64,000 nucleotides of DNA from Octopus vulgaris (lineage: Eukaryota), in contig OX597820.1 of NCBI GenBank assembly GCA_951406725.2, positions 116,932,001-116,996,000 on the forward strand, read 5' to 3'. Position 1 is the stretch's first letter, and each line of letters starts with the position of its first letter. The notes under the pieces were generated by a model. It was not told the origin of the DNA. It saw nothing but the letters and a program-made list of their open reading frames with translations, and did no database searches. A program made the translations under genes and the position numbers. Positions 11,792 through 24,151 of this stretch are shown here, one piece after another.

Positions 11792-12009
11792 ACTGGCAGA
11801 AACGTTAGCATGCTGGGCGAAATGTGTAGCCGTATTTCGTCTGCTGTTACGTTCTGAGTTCAAATTCCGCCGAGGTCGACTTTGCCTTTCATCCTTTCGG
11901 GGTCGATAAATAAAGAACCAGTTACGCAGTGGGATTGATGTAATCGACTTAATCTCTTTGTTTGTCTTTGTCCCCTCTATGTTTAGCCCCTTGTGGGCAA
12001 TAAAGAAAT
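11792..12009 (+). mobile_element. SINE family B inserted in an old family E repeat
   Basis: Family B body; flanking duplication TATATTATAAATGACTGG; family E sequence on both sides (~11685-11790, ~12020-12100). Confidence 0.88.
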
Positions 12010-12108
12010 ATATATTATAAATGACTGGTGTCCTTCTTTTATTAAGACTGTAGGGTGTGATTCAAGTGAATTTTTACTTATTTCTAACAGGTCGCAAGAC
12101 CACATCAA

Positions 12109-12330
12109 CCCTTTAGCATTTAAACCAGCCATATCCGGCCAAAAGTATTCTACCTGTTTTATGTTCAAACTGGCCAGATCTGGTCTCTCACACCAACCTT
12201 ACAATATCGTTTTAAAAATTAACAGCTACCTCATCAAAATCTCAAAGCTACAAGATAATGCCTGATTAGTTCAAGGCAATGTGGATAAAAAAAGGATTAA
12301 TTTTGGCAGAATAATGCGAACACTAAAGGG
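12109..12330 (+). mobile_element. piggyBac-type MITE (~220 bp)
   Basis: CCCTTTAG...CTAAAGGG termini with TCAA/TTAA flanks; homologous to 45097-45317 and 58210-58428. Confidence 0.88.
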
Positions 12331-12474
12331 TTAAAGCTTGAAACTAATGTCATCAGTAGAGAGGATGCGACTAACGAATAAGACAGATTCTTCGCCCACA
12401 ACCCCAACACTAGACCCAACCCCTTTTGTTTTGTTTTTTCAACTGTCATTGCATCACACAAAAAGGATACTTAC

Positions 12475-12516
12475 CGAATAAATTGATGGACTTGGTATTG
12501 TACAAACTATCAACAC
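12475..12516 (-). CDS. Candidate 42-nt frame-preserving coding exon of an unidentified host gene (phase-1 reading VDSLYNTKSINLF)
   Basis: Branch-like CTGAC, then TTTTTATTTCTAATTTCAG acceptor and CG|GTAAGT donor; length divisible by 3; unique non-repeat sequence. Confidence 0.5.
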
Positions 12517-13033
12517 CTGAAATTAGAAATAAAAACTTAAGTCAGAATTTATAGACAAAGTCCTTCTCACAACGAAGGTAAGTTTACTCAGAACAATACA
12601 CTTCACCCCACTTCTTTTTTTTAAAAAATCTAACCCAGATTTATATGTCTTTGTTACATTCAAAATTCACATACCTACACGCAGAAACATTGCGTATGTG
12701 CATGAGTGTGTGCACAAGAAATACATACATGTGGGAGCTGTTAACTTCAACAAAAGATGCAGCTGTGGGAGGAAACTACAAAACCACAACGGCTCCCATC
12801 TCTGTTATTCCTTCCATGCCCTCACGTGTGAGGAAGCTAGAGAAGAAGTGATTTTTTTTTGTTTCTTTTATTGCAATCACATGTGATACTCAGATGGTTA
12901 CGACAAAAGGGGCCACTGCTTGTGTGTGGCACCAAGAAGCCTGAGACTTGTGTTTTCGGGGTTGGGGATGCATGCCTGCAATTCATATTTTGCAGCATGT
13001 GTTTCAATCCCTGAATGTCTGAAGCCAAAAAAA

Positions 13034-13354
13034 CCCTTTTGTTACAGTATTTTTGTTTAAACTATTCTTATATCTGTTATTTTTGAAAATAACGAAGAAT
13101 TCACTAAAGCAATTTTGTCATAATTAAACTGGTCTATTCTATTCTATTACTCTATTACTTGTTTCAGTCATTTGACTGCGGCCATGCTGGAGCACCGCCT
13201 TTAGTCGAGCAAATCTACCCCAGGACTTATTCTTTGTAAGCCCAGTACTTATTCTATCGGTCTCTTTTGCCGAACCGCTAAGTGACGGGAACGTAAACAC
13301 ATCAGCATCGGTTGTCAAGCAATGCTAGGGGGACAAACACAGACACACAAACAT

Positions 13355-13397
<43 letters not shown>

Positions 13398-13659
13398 CGA
13401 CAGGCTTCTTTCAGTTTCCGTCTACCAAATCCACTCACAAGGCTTTGGTTGGCCCGAGGCTATAGTAGAAGACACTTGCCCAAGATGCCACACAGTGGGA
13501 CTGAACCCGGAACCATGTGGTTGGTAAGCAAGCTACTTACCACACAGCCACTCTTAATTAAAACCTATTAAATTTTATGTAAATTTAAGATCACTTTAGA
13601 ACAGGAAGTCAGCATTAGAGAATAAAGGGTTGTCTCAGGAAGGTTGGTATCAAAAAGGG
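13034..13659. mobile_element. Old piggyBac-like MITE interrupted by a family A SINE
   Basis: Ends CCCTTTTGTTAC / GTATCAAAAAGGG are imperfect inverted repeats; TTAA flanks are degenerate. Confidence 0.45.
13153..13553 (-). mobile_element. SINE family A, near full length
   Basis: Near-consensus reverse-complement copy. Confidence 0.92.
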
Positions 13660-14069
13660 TAAAAACTCATGTTTCAAAAGATTGTGTCCTTCTCTTATGT
13701 GAACTTTATCATGTAAATGCACTTACATAATATACATATGCACTTATATTTATGCATATGAACATACATACATGCTACTGAATGGCTATTACTCTCTGAC
13801 AAGTTTTCCTTTTTACCCAGCAAAACTGCCCAAAAGTCCACCTCACCAAAAAAATTTGATGGGGTTGCAGTTTAGCTGCTGACTGCCTGACCGAGCAGAA
13901 GTTGTCTTGGCTTATATGGTTACCAGTAATGGGATCTGGATATCACATCTACTGATACACGTGCACAAATATTCAGCACTGGTTGCACTGCTTTTTATAG
14001 CAGAAACGACTGTAAGCCAATGGCATTCATTGTGAAACTTCTTAACTCGACCTGACATCCATATATTCT

Positions 14070-14480
14070 TTTATTCCTTTACTTGTTTCAGTCATTTGAC
14101 TGCAGCCATGCTGGAGCACTGCCTTTAGTCAAGCAAATCGACCCCAGGACTTATTCTTTGTAAGCCTAGTACTTATTCTATCGGTTTATTTTGCCGGACC
14201 GCTAAGTTACAGGGACCTAAACACACTAGCATCACTTGTCAAGTGATGTGTGTGGGGGAAACAAACACACACATACAAACATATACACACGCACACACAC
14301 AACACACATATATATACGATGGGTTTCTTTTTAGTTTCCGTCTACCAAATCCACTCACAAGCCTTTGGTCGGCCAGTGGCTATAGCAGAAGACATTTGCC
14401 CAAGGTGCCATGCAGTGAGACTGAACCCAGAACCATGTGGTTGGTAAGCAAGTTACTTACCACACAGCCACTCCTGTGCC
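14070..14480 (-). mobile_element. SINE family A, near full length
   Basis: Near-consensus reverse-complement copy. Confidence 0.9.
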
Positions 14481-15000
14481 CATACATATATATATATATA
14501 TATTATATACCCGCTAAAAGGACACTTGTGAAAAATTGAAGAAATCATTATTTCCTAATGTCTTTCAATATACAAGACCAGCTGAAGAATTTAATGCAAA
14601 AGTCTATTTGAGCGAAGTGAGCTTAATGCCAAATATACTTGTGGCAGCAAATATATGCCACTTTAATTAAGTTGAAGTGTAGAGACATTAAAAGATATTA
14701 TGTTCTATATTTATGTATAAAGTGAGTCTGTGGTTAGAAACACTAGGAGACATATTGTGTCTCGGCTCAAAGTTTTGTAGGAGAGTGGGGAGGGGGGGGG
14801 AGATGGAGAGAACAGGCGAGAAAGGAAGATGGAGGGAGGAATGAAGATGGAAGAGAGAGAGAGAGAGATGGAGAGAGTGAAACAGAGAGGAAGCAAGAGA
14901 GAGGGGAGAGAGGAAACAGTTTGAGAGACAGGGAGCAAGTCTGAGAAAAAGATATGTGGGCAAGTTGCAAGAGAGAGAGAAAGAGAGAGAGAGATTGATA

Positions 15001-15453
15001 AAGAGAAAAGTGTGTGTGTGTGAAGAAAAAACTGTGTGCCTGTGAAGAAAAATGTGTGTGCGTGTGAAGAAAAATGTGTGTGTGTGTGTGTGTGAAGAAG
15101 TGTATGTGTGTGTGTGTGTGTGTGAAGAAAAATGTGTGTGTGTGTGTGTGAAGAAAAATGTGTGTGTGTGTGAAGAAAAATGTGTGTGTGTGTGTGTGAA
15201 GAAAAATGTGTGTGTGTGTGAAGAAAAATGTGTGTGTGTGTGTGTGTGTGAAGAAAAATGTGTGTGTGTGTGAAGAAAAATGTGTGTGTGTGTGAAGAAA
15301 AATGTGTGTGTGTGTGAAGAAAAATGTGTGTGTGTGTGAAGAAAAAAGTGTGTGTGTGTGTGTGTGTGTGTGAAGAAAAAAGTGTGTGTGTGTGTGGTGT
15401 GTGTGTGTGAAGAAAAAAGTGTGTGTGTGTGTGGTGTGTGTGTGTGAAGAAAA

Positions 15454-15488
<35 letters not shown>

Positions 15489-15503
15489 GAAAAAAGTGTG
15501 TGT
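15001..15503. repeat. Compound satellite [GAAGAAAAA(A)(TG)n] with variable TG count
   Basis: Direct inspection; explains the long HT/FF-rich ORFs at 14688-15564. Confidence 0.95.
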
Positions 15504-15987
15504 GAGCAAGTGCAAGAGAGAGCAAAGAAGATGATGCAAAAGTGGCAGTATTGTTGCATCTCATGTCTATTTTTTGGTTTATGTAATTCCCCTAACAGGT
15601 TGATCAGTTTGCAGAAAATACAGCCAAATGACTTTGTTTCAGTTGATACGTTAGAATATCAGCACCATGTTACTAACCTACGACCTACAAATTCGGTTTG
15701 ATCTCCCTGCAGCTACCAAAGTTTAAAACCATCTCTCTAACTGCAGAAGCCATGCAATATAAAAGCTAATCAGAGTTTAATAGTCAGCTTAAGAAGACTT
15801 TGCAAAGTCACTTTCAAAGAAGCATCAAGATTTCAGATAAAATAAATTATTGCTGAAAGCAAAATGTTCTTCAGAGAAATTATTTTAAAAGCTAAAGCTC
15901 AACTGGTTCGTTTACTTTAATATTTATGATATTTAAATAATTATGAGACAGGAGTAAAACTGATTTCATATCATCTATGCACACACA

Positions 15988-16245
15988 GTCAGTGCGTGAC
16001 CTGGCATTGACATGAGGAACGCTGCATCTTCCCAGGTGCATATTGCCAAGTTGGAAATGGAATGCAGGCAACTGGTTGGATGGAGTCTTAGAATTTTCAG
16101 AGCAAGAGGGCAGGAAACCAAGATGGGCTTCTGGGGGACATCCGCCCTCAGCTGTGTTGATTACTGGCCCAAACTAGGATCACCATGCAGTGTAAAATTA
16201 ATGGCAGAAGTTGAAATAATCCAACAAAAACTATATAAAGACTGA
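15988..16245 (+). mobile_element. CR1-clade LINE ORF2 fossil (post-RT region)
   Basis: Translation RDLGIDMRNAASSQVHIAKL...LVGWSLRIFRAR...LSCVDYWPKLGSP...EIIQQK matches the CR1 pattern KDLGV...GWILRTF...LDYCSQLWSP...LEAIQR. Confidence 0.8.
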
Positions 16246-16317
16246 AATGGTTAGAAGTCTGCTCAAATCTGGACATGTTGGACAGACCTATACACATTTT
16301 GTTTTTCAAAAAATACA

Positions 16318-16479
16318 GCGTAGGAGTGGCTGTGTGGTAAGTAGCTTGCTTACCAACCACATGGTTCCGGGTTCAGTCCTGCTGCGTGGCACCTTGGGCA
16401 AGTGTCTTCTACTCTAGCCTCGGGCCGACCAAAGCCTTGTGAGTGGATTTGGTAGACGGAAACTGAAAGAAGCCCATCG

Positions 16480-16530
<51 letters not shown>

Positions 16531-16741
16531 ATATATGTTTGTGTGTCTGTGTTTGTCCCCCACCCAACATCACTTGACAACCGATGGTGTGTTTACGTCC
16601 CCCGTAACTTAGCGGTTCGGCAAAAGAGACCGATAGAATAAGTACTAGGCTTACAAAGAATAAGTCCTGGGGTCGTTTTCCTCGACTAAAGGCGGTGCTC
16701 CAGCATGGACACAGTCACATGACTGAAACAAGTAAAAGAGT
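16318..16741 (+). mobile_element. SINE family A, full length
   Basis: Near-consensus copy. Confidence 0.92.
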
Positions 16742-16881
16742 AATCTGTTAACAGCATTTTAATATAGGATCACAGTGTTAGCTGCTGTTATTTAACTCTA
16801 GGTCAGCCTTGATCAAGCAAGCCTATGATCAAAGGCATTCCATCCATGACCGTGTCTATCTAGCACTACATTATTCATTAT

Positions 16882-17231
16882 TATGGAGATGTACTTGCAT
16901 AGCAAGTGACCTGATCTAAGATCGTGTGCTGGAACGAAAACAATTGCAGCGTGGAAGGTGTTTCTGAGCCATTTAAGAAACACACAGAAACTGTTAGATT
17001 CACTTCAACATTTAAATTTAATTTGCCAAAATATTTTCATCACTTTGAGACTGCGATCTTTTCACTGACAAGATTTAGCACAGAGACACAGCACAGAATT
17101 TTATCAGTGATCAGGTCGTGGTCTGAAAGTGACGAAAATATTTTGGCAAATTAAATTTAAATGTTGAAGTGCATCTAACGGTTTTTGTGCTTTTTTTAAT
17201 GGCTTATAAACACCTTCCGCACTGGAGTTGT
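16882..17231. mobile_element. Palindromic Penelope-like element with two G3-type hammerhead motifs in opposite orientation
   Basis: Inverted arms ~16935-17068/17104-17231; TSD TTATTCATTAT at 16871-16881 and 17232-17242; interrupts a family E repeat. Confidence 0.8.
17101..17150 (+). ncRNA. Hammerhead-fold RNA, G3:C8 core variant (second copy)
   Basis: UUAUCA-GUGAUCA-G-GUCGU(GGUCUGAAA)GUGAC-GAAA-AUAU-U-U-UGGCAAA. Confidence 0.65.
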
Positions 17232-17700
17232 TTATTCATTATGTCTTTCTTTTAATAAGATGGTATGGAGTGATTTAAATGAGATTTGATGGTGAATGTC
17301 TTGGATGGCTTGCCAAGTATCCAAATCTCACATCACATCATAGACAATGTGTAGACTCTCAGTTTTCTTAGATATTGTTGCTGATTAGCGCCATGTTAGG
17401 CATATCCGAGCTGGTTTATACAACAAGAGGGAATTCAATGAGTTTCCAAGATATATCGTTGTTCAATGTGTTCGATGTATCCTTTATTTAAGGTGATAGG
17501 ATATGATTCGAGGGAAAGTTGTCTGCTATTGCTAGCGAGGAAAAATAAAGTAAGAGACATGGGTAGACTTTTCGAAGCCTGCAGTTTTAATAGAGAAACC
17601 AACATGCAAATTGTTGAGCAGAGAGAGAAGAAAATGATGGAGGAGAGAATATGGGATGAAAATAGAAATGGATGTAGGTTTAATACATTACCAACAATTA

Positions 17701-17752
<52 letters not shown>

Positions 17753-18588
17753 GAAAAAGAGAGAGAGAGAAAGAGAGTGAGTGAGAAAGAGAGAGAGAGA
17801 GAGAGAGAGCAATTTAGTAGACTCCTAATTTAAATAAGCCATAAGCTTTATCCTGGATGCGTGTGGCATGCAGTCTCTTTCTTCACCGTCTGTGCATATT
17901 CTGTGTGCATGCATGTTTGTCGTATCAGTGTGTGTATGCTTGCTATCTGCATGCAGTGTGTGTGTGTGTGTGTGTGCCTTGTCAGCATGCATGCTCATCT
18001 GCATGCATGGATGCTTGTCAGTGTGCATGTGCGTGTGTCTCGTCTGTGTTTACATGTCTTGTGTATCTCTCATCCGTGTATGCACACGTCATAACTTCAG
18101 ACATGTGCACATGTTTACGTATTTGCATGTGTGTGATACATGCATTGTTAATGCGGGTGTGTTTCTTTTTGTATGTGTGTGTGTGTGAACATATGTCATC
18201 TGTGTGTGGGTGTGAACATGTCTCCATGTGTGTGCTCATATAGTCTGCACATGTGCATGCATGCATGTGAATACCAGGCCTGCAGGAGAGTGCATGTCAT
18301 ATCTGTTAGCATGTGAGTGTGTGTCCATGTGCAGTCTGTGCAGTCTGTGCATACATACATAAAAAGTCAGATTTCACAATCCACTCACAAGGCTTTGGTC
18401 AGCTTGGGGTTATAAGAAGACACTTGCCCAAGGTGTCAAGCAGTGGGACTGAACCCGGAACCATGTGGTTGGGAGGCAAACTTCTTACCACACACCCACA
18501 TCTGCACCTATATACAAGGAACATGGTGTTGGCTGAGTATACCTCCTGAACTTAGAAAGATCATTTTAAGTATTTTAGGTGCACAACA

Positions 18589-18689
18589 TTTTTTCCATTT
18601 TTAATGCATTTTTTTGGCTATAACTCTCTAAAAATGCTTATATAGTTATTTCCCTTACAAACCCGAGCAACGCCGGGTGATACTGCTAG
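18589..18689 (+). mobile_element. Helitron 3' end fragment, same family as 42016-42410
   Basis: Hairpin CCCGAGCAACGCCGGG followed by CTAG|T; shares TATATAGTTATTTCCCTTACAAAC. Confidence 0.8.
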
Positions 18690-19575
18690 TTTATTACTAA
18701 AGCTATAAAGCAACAGAAACTAACATTTAAACCAAATATCAACAATTTATTTTTGAAAGCAATTAAATTGTAAACTGCAAACAGGAAATTCTGACAAGCA
18801 ACGTGTCCCGATATGTAAATGGCCAGTATATATGAAGTCATAATAACTTGTGTCATGTTTGGAAATCATTATAAAGAATTAGTGACTAATGAAGAACTAA
18901 AGATGGAAAATGATATTTAAGGAATGCATGTCAATAACGATCATCAATTTTATGGCGAAACAAGAAAATAAATAAATGAAATGAAGAATAAAATTAAAAG
19001 GGAAATAGCTTTTTTTTTTTTTTAAACTAATCCACTTCATTTGTCATAATTAAATCTTGAGCTTAATAAATATTGTAAATAAAATATGCAAAAACTGGTG
19101 TTTGCTCATCAATCAAACTGAACTGATGCTTTGGGATAAAAGAGATTTCTTTAAAAAACTGAAGAGAAAATGTTTCTTTAATTGTGAAATTATAGAATTC
19201 CTATGTTGACAATGGAATGTGTGAGAGGCAGAGAAACAAGACCACAAAAGAACACAAGAGAAGCGTTGCAGTAAGAAACCATGCAGTAAGATTGGACCTG
19301 AAACTGTGTGGTTGCAAATGAAACTTCACCACACAGCCAGATATCTTTTACTTGTTTCAGTTATTAGACAGCAGCCATGCTGGAGCACCACTTTGAAGAG
19401 TTTTTAGTTGAATAAATCAACCCCCAGGACTTGCTTTCAGTTTCAGTCAAACAAATCCACTTGAAAGGCTTGAAGCCATAGACGACAATTGCCCAAGGTG
19501 TCACTCAGTGAGACTGAACCGGGAACCAAGTGACTGGGAAGCAAAATACTTCCTACCACACAGCCCACACCTGTG

Positions 19576-19629
<54 letters not shown>

Positions 19630-19640
19630 TATTATTATAT

Positions 19641-20054
19641 TGTGCTTGAGAAGACCTGTCAAGCCAAGTGAAATCGTAGTTGTGACTGATGCTGGTGTCA
19701 CATAACTGGCATGTAAAAAGCACCTTTTGAGCGCTGGGCCTCATGGAGGCAAGTGTTGGGCCAAACGGAAGCAATGACTAAGACCTTTGGCATTATGTCG
19801 TGCTTGAGAAGATCCATCAAGCCAAGTAAAATCAGTGGTGGCAGATATTGGTGTCACACAAATGGCACCTGTGCCGGTGGCATGTGAAAGCACCCATTAC
19901 ACTTTCGGAGTGGTTGGCATTAGGAAGGGCATCAAGCTTTAGAAACCATGCCAAGTCAGACTGGAGTCCGATGCAGCCTTCCATCTTGCCAGCTCTGGTC
20001 AAACTGTCCAACCCATGCCAGTATGGACAACGGACGCTAAATGATGATGATGAT
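19641..20054 (+). mobile_element. Family C, long copy
   Basis: Repeated GTGCTTGAGAAGA..C.TCAAGCCAAGT and GGCA.GT.AAAGCACC modules, GGAAGGGCATC motif, (GAT)n tail. Confidence 0.85.
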
Positions 20055-20061
20055 ATATATA

Positions 20062-20288
20062 GCGAGCTGGCTGAAACGTTAGCACGCCGGGCGAAATGCT
20101 TAGCGGTATTTCGTCTGCGTTACGTTGTGAGTTCAAATTCCGCCGAGGTCGACTTTGCTTTTCATCCTTTTGGGGTCGATAAATTAAGTACCAGTTATGC
20201 ACTGGGGTTGATGTAATCGACTTAATACTTATGTCTGTCCTTGTTTGTCCCCTCTATGTTTAGCCCCTTGTGGGTAATAAAGAAATAG
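20062..20288 (+). mobile_element. SINE family B, full length
   Basis: Near-consensus copy ending AAAGAAATAG. Confidence 0.92.
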
Positions 20289-21269
20289 ATATATATATAT
20301 AGGAAACCATTCTATTTATAACTGAGAAGCTACATCAGTGATTGAAGGACCTAGAGTTTCATACCAGAGCACTTACCAAACTGAAAGAGCCACTTACGTA
20401 GTTTCTCAGCTATAAATAATACAAATACTCCAGTTAATGTCAGAAGTTCTAGTTCCCGTGTTTATATAACCTATCGTACATGTATAATATGAGTTTACGA
20501 GAGTGTATACGTGTTTGTATGTAATGTAATTTTAGTATAGTGAATTGCTTTAGATTTTTTTGCTGTTTTTTATGCAATGTAACATTGCAGTACTTTATCA
20601 AATGAAAGAAACATTAATTTCTCTTGCATCGGTGAAGAAACTAATAATTTCTAAAGTGTCTGAGTTAATAAAAAAACAATAAGATATAATGAACACTAGA
20701 AAGACCGCTGGAATGAAGAGATGTAATCAACAGCCAACATTTTGAAATGTCAACAGAATTTTAAAATCTATACTCCTACATAAATAACTATATTTAGCAA
20801 TTTGCAGAATATCAAATTTAATTGGCCCAAGAGAAAGATTGAATCTCTTTGACTGAGTAGTTTAGCAGCAAAGTATTGGTAAAGCTAAACCAAACAGCTC
20901 TTTGATAATCTGCTTAGTCTGTTACTAAAACGGATTTAGCAGCACAACGTTCTGACTATGGTAAACAAATGCAGCATAGAATTCTATTGAATGGCAATGC
21001 TTCAAATTTAAAACTCAAAGCATCGATTTGGAGGTGAATCTCTTCAGAGACTCTTTAAAGACAATTAAGATTGCTTTATTTTCAAAGAAAAATTATGATA
21101 TAAATCCTATTTCTGTGATTGGGTTTTTTTGCTTTTGTTTTTTGTTTTGCTTTTATTTTTTTTTCCGGCAACAAAATCTAGGATTTCATTAAATAGCAGG
21201 CATGTCCACCAATAGACTATAAATGGAGTTCTTTGAAATTAAGCAGTGAAAATTAGTGTGTGTGTGTGT

Positions 21270-21835
21270 AAGAGAGGAAGAGAGAGAGAGAGGAAGAGAG
21301 AGAGAGAGAGAAGAAAGAGAGAGAGAGAGAAAGAAGAAAGAGAGAGAGAGAGAGAGAAGAAAGAAGAAGAGAGAGAGAGAGAAGAAAGAAGAGAGAGAGA
21401 GAGAAGAAAGAAGAAGAGAGAGAGAGAAGAAAGAGGAAGAGAGAGAGAGAAGAAAGATGAGAGAGAGAGAGAAGAAAGAGGAAGAGAGAGAGAGAGAAGA
21501 AAGAGGAAGAGAGATGGAGGGAGAGGAAGAGAGATGGGGGGATAGGAAGAGAGATGGAGGGAGAGGAAGAGAGATGGAGGGAGAGGAAGAGAGATGGAGG
21601 GAGGGGAAGAGAGATGGAGGGAGGGGAAGAGAGATGGAGGGAGGGGAAGAGAGATGGATGGAGGGGAAGAGAGAGATAGGAAGAGAGAGAGAGCGGAAGA
21701 GAGGGAGAGGAAGAGAAAGAGAGGGAGAGGAAGAGAGAGAGAGGGAGAGGAAGAGAGAGAGGGAGAGGAAGAGAGAGAGGGAGAGGAAGAGAGAGAGGGA
21801 GAGGAAGAGTGGGAGGGAGAGGAAGAGAAGGAGAG
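21270..21835. repeat. Polypurine GA-rich compound micro/minisatellite (units of roughly 18-21 bp)
   Basis: Direct inspection; explains the E/R/G-rich ORFs. Confidence 0.95.
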
Positions 21836-22205
21836 TGTGTTAATATAAATGGTGGCAATCTAATATTTCAATAAATCTGAAAGTAGTCAAAGATATTAAA
21901 ATTTAATCTAATTAATAACAAAGGAAAGATTTAATTTCTAACGTCGTAACATACAACAATCGTTCAATTTTAATGGAGCTAAGAGAGAAAATTGGAAAAT
22001 TTAAGGAAAAGAAAAAAAAAAAAAGACAATTTCCATCTGTAACTAGAAAATAGAAGTTCTGTAGAATAGCAGAATGGTTTGTGATATTTAATAGAAGAAT
22101 ATTCACAAAAAAGAAAGGATGAATTGTGAAAGAAATTCAAAAAGATATGTTAGAAATCAACAAAGTATTTTACACATTATGTAACACTAGGATAGAAAGT
22201 ATTGA

Positions 22206-22252
<47 letters not shown>

Positions 22253-22519
22253 CTCATTAACTCTTTGCCTGTCCAAAGCATTTTTATAAGTTTATCCTAA
22301 ATGTCCGTGCTTGTCCTCAGACATTTAGTTCTTGTTTCATATGTTCTGAGCCCAAGTTTGCCGGTTGGAAAAAATTGGGAATATGTATCACATATGATGC
22401 AGGAATGTTGTGGGAATATGTGCTGAGTATCACGTGATACAGGGGACAGGCAAAGGGTTTCCTTAAGCATCCTTAGGATGCTGAAGGAAACCTGCAAACT
22501 ATCTACATGTAATGAATTG

Positions 22520-22895
22520 TTCATCATCATCAACATTTAATGTCCGCTTTCCATGCTGGCATGGGTTGGACGATTTGACTGAGGTCTGGCGAACCAGACT
22601 CCAATCTGATCTGGAAGAGTTTCTACAGCTGGATGCCCTTCCTAACGCCAACCACTTTGAGAGTGTAGTGGGTGCTTTTACGTGCCATCAGCATGAGGGC
22701 CAGTTTGGTGGTACTGGCAAAGGCCACGCCCAATGGTGCTTTTTATGTGCCACCTGCACAGGAGCCAGTCCAGTGGCACTGGTGACGACCTAGCTCGAAT
22801 GTCTCATGTGCCACCAGCACAAGTGCCAGTAAGGCGACGCAGTAACAATCACACTTGGATGGTGTGTTTAACGTGCCATCAGCACGAAGGCCAGC
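22520..22895 (-). mobile_element. Family C copy with four internal motif modules
   Basis: (CAT)n end, GGATGCCCTTCCTAACGCC and repeated GGTGCTTTT.A(C/T)GTGCCA motifs. Confidence 0.85.
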
Positions 22896-23337
22896 TATCA
22901 ACAGATAATTGTCCTCTTCTGAGCCATGAGAGGATCTAAACGTTAGTAAAATTAATCTTTCCACAATCAAATTATACGTAAGTATTATAGGGGTCATAGG
23001 AGATTAACCAATTTGATGAGGAAAGTTTCAGCCTCTGTTATTCTATGTTTCTGGCAAAACCTCTTGAATTTAGAAAAAAAGAAAAAAAATACCAACTAGT
23101 TTTCACTCCAAGTCAGGAGAGCTCTATTTTGCCTATGGAAAATTTCCAAACATATGAACTTCCCTAGCAGACAATTAATACAAGGGAGATAATCATTTCT
23201 TCATAATATTTGGTAGGATTAAAAGTTTAAAATTCAAATTAACAAGATACACAGAATATAGATTTTTTTTTTTTGCTTTTGTCTATTTATTAAGAAGGTT
23301 TAGGTTTTCTAGTCTTAGGTAATCATCTATAGCACCA

Positions 23338-23740
23338 AGCTAATATGGCAGTCCATAAATATAAGACTAAAGCTGCTGTTGATCAGCTCCAAGAGGCCAT
23401 TGCCTCTAGCTAGCTATATGACACACGAACCTGCGTCCATTACAACCTTCGAACAGGGGAGGACAGCCGCTTCACCTTGCTGGTCAGACATCTGCAGACA
23501 TGTTTCAGGGTTGTTGCCCTTCATCAATGCAGAGTAGCCAGACCTCCCCTGTTCGAAGGTTATAATGGACACAGGTTCGTGTGTCATATAGCTAGCTAGA
23601 GGCAATGGCCTCTTGGAGCTAATCAACGGCAGCTTTAGTCTTATATATATGGACTGCCATATTAGCTTGGCGATAACTGTTAATTTCCAGTACCGCTGCC
23701 GTAGTCTCCTTTAGAGAGACTTAGAAATTTTAATATTTCT
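23338..23740. mobile_element. Palindromic Penelope-like element with ~128-bp arms and a hammerhead motif in the loop
   Basis: Arms 23335-23462/23543-23670 are near-perfect inverted repeats; TSD ATCTATAGCACCA at 23325-23337, right copy split by the SINE at 23748-24151. Confidence 0.8.
23491..23533 (-). ncRNA. Minimal type I hammerhead ribozyme motif (C3 mutated to U)
   Basis: Minus strand UCUGCA-UUGAUGA-AGGG(CAACAA)CCCU-GAAA-CAUG-U-C-UGCAGA; perfect stem I, palindromic ACAUGU stem III, GUC site. Confidence 0.78.
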
Positions 23741-23747
23741 ATCTATA

Positions 23748-24151
23748 GGCGCAGGAGTGGCTGTGTGGTAAGTAGTTTGCTAACCAACCACATGGTTCTG
23801 GGTTCAGTCACACTGCGTGGCATCTTGGGCAAGTGTCTTCTGCTATAGCCCCGGGCCGACCAATGCTTTGTGAGTGGATTTGGTAGACGGAAACTGAAAG
23901 AAGCCTGTCATATATATGTATATATATATGTATGTATGTGTATGTGTGTTTGTGTGTCTGTGTTTGTCCCCCTAGCATTGCTTGACAACCGATGCTGGCG
24001 TATTTACGTCCCCGTTACTTAACGGTTCGGCAAAAGAGACCGGTAGAATAAGTACTGGGCTTACAAAAAATAAGTCCCGGGGTCGATTTGCTCGACTAAA
24101 GGCGATGCTCCAGCATGGCCGCAGTCAAATGACTGAAAACAAGTAAAAGAG
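23748..24151 (+). mobile_element. SINE family A, full length
   Basis: GGCGCAGGAGTGGCTGTGTGG start through GTAAAAGAG tail. Confidence 0.93.

Noticed and set aside
12676-12838. Second minus-strand exon candidate near the 42-nt exon
   Set aside because: The acceptor is ambiguous, the longer form has stops in all frames and the shorter form gives no recognisable peptide.
14688-15701. Long 265-283 aa ORFs
   Set aside because: Open in all three minus frames because they translate (CA)n/CTTC satellite sequence.
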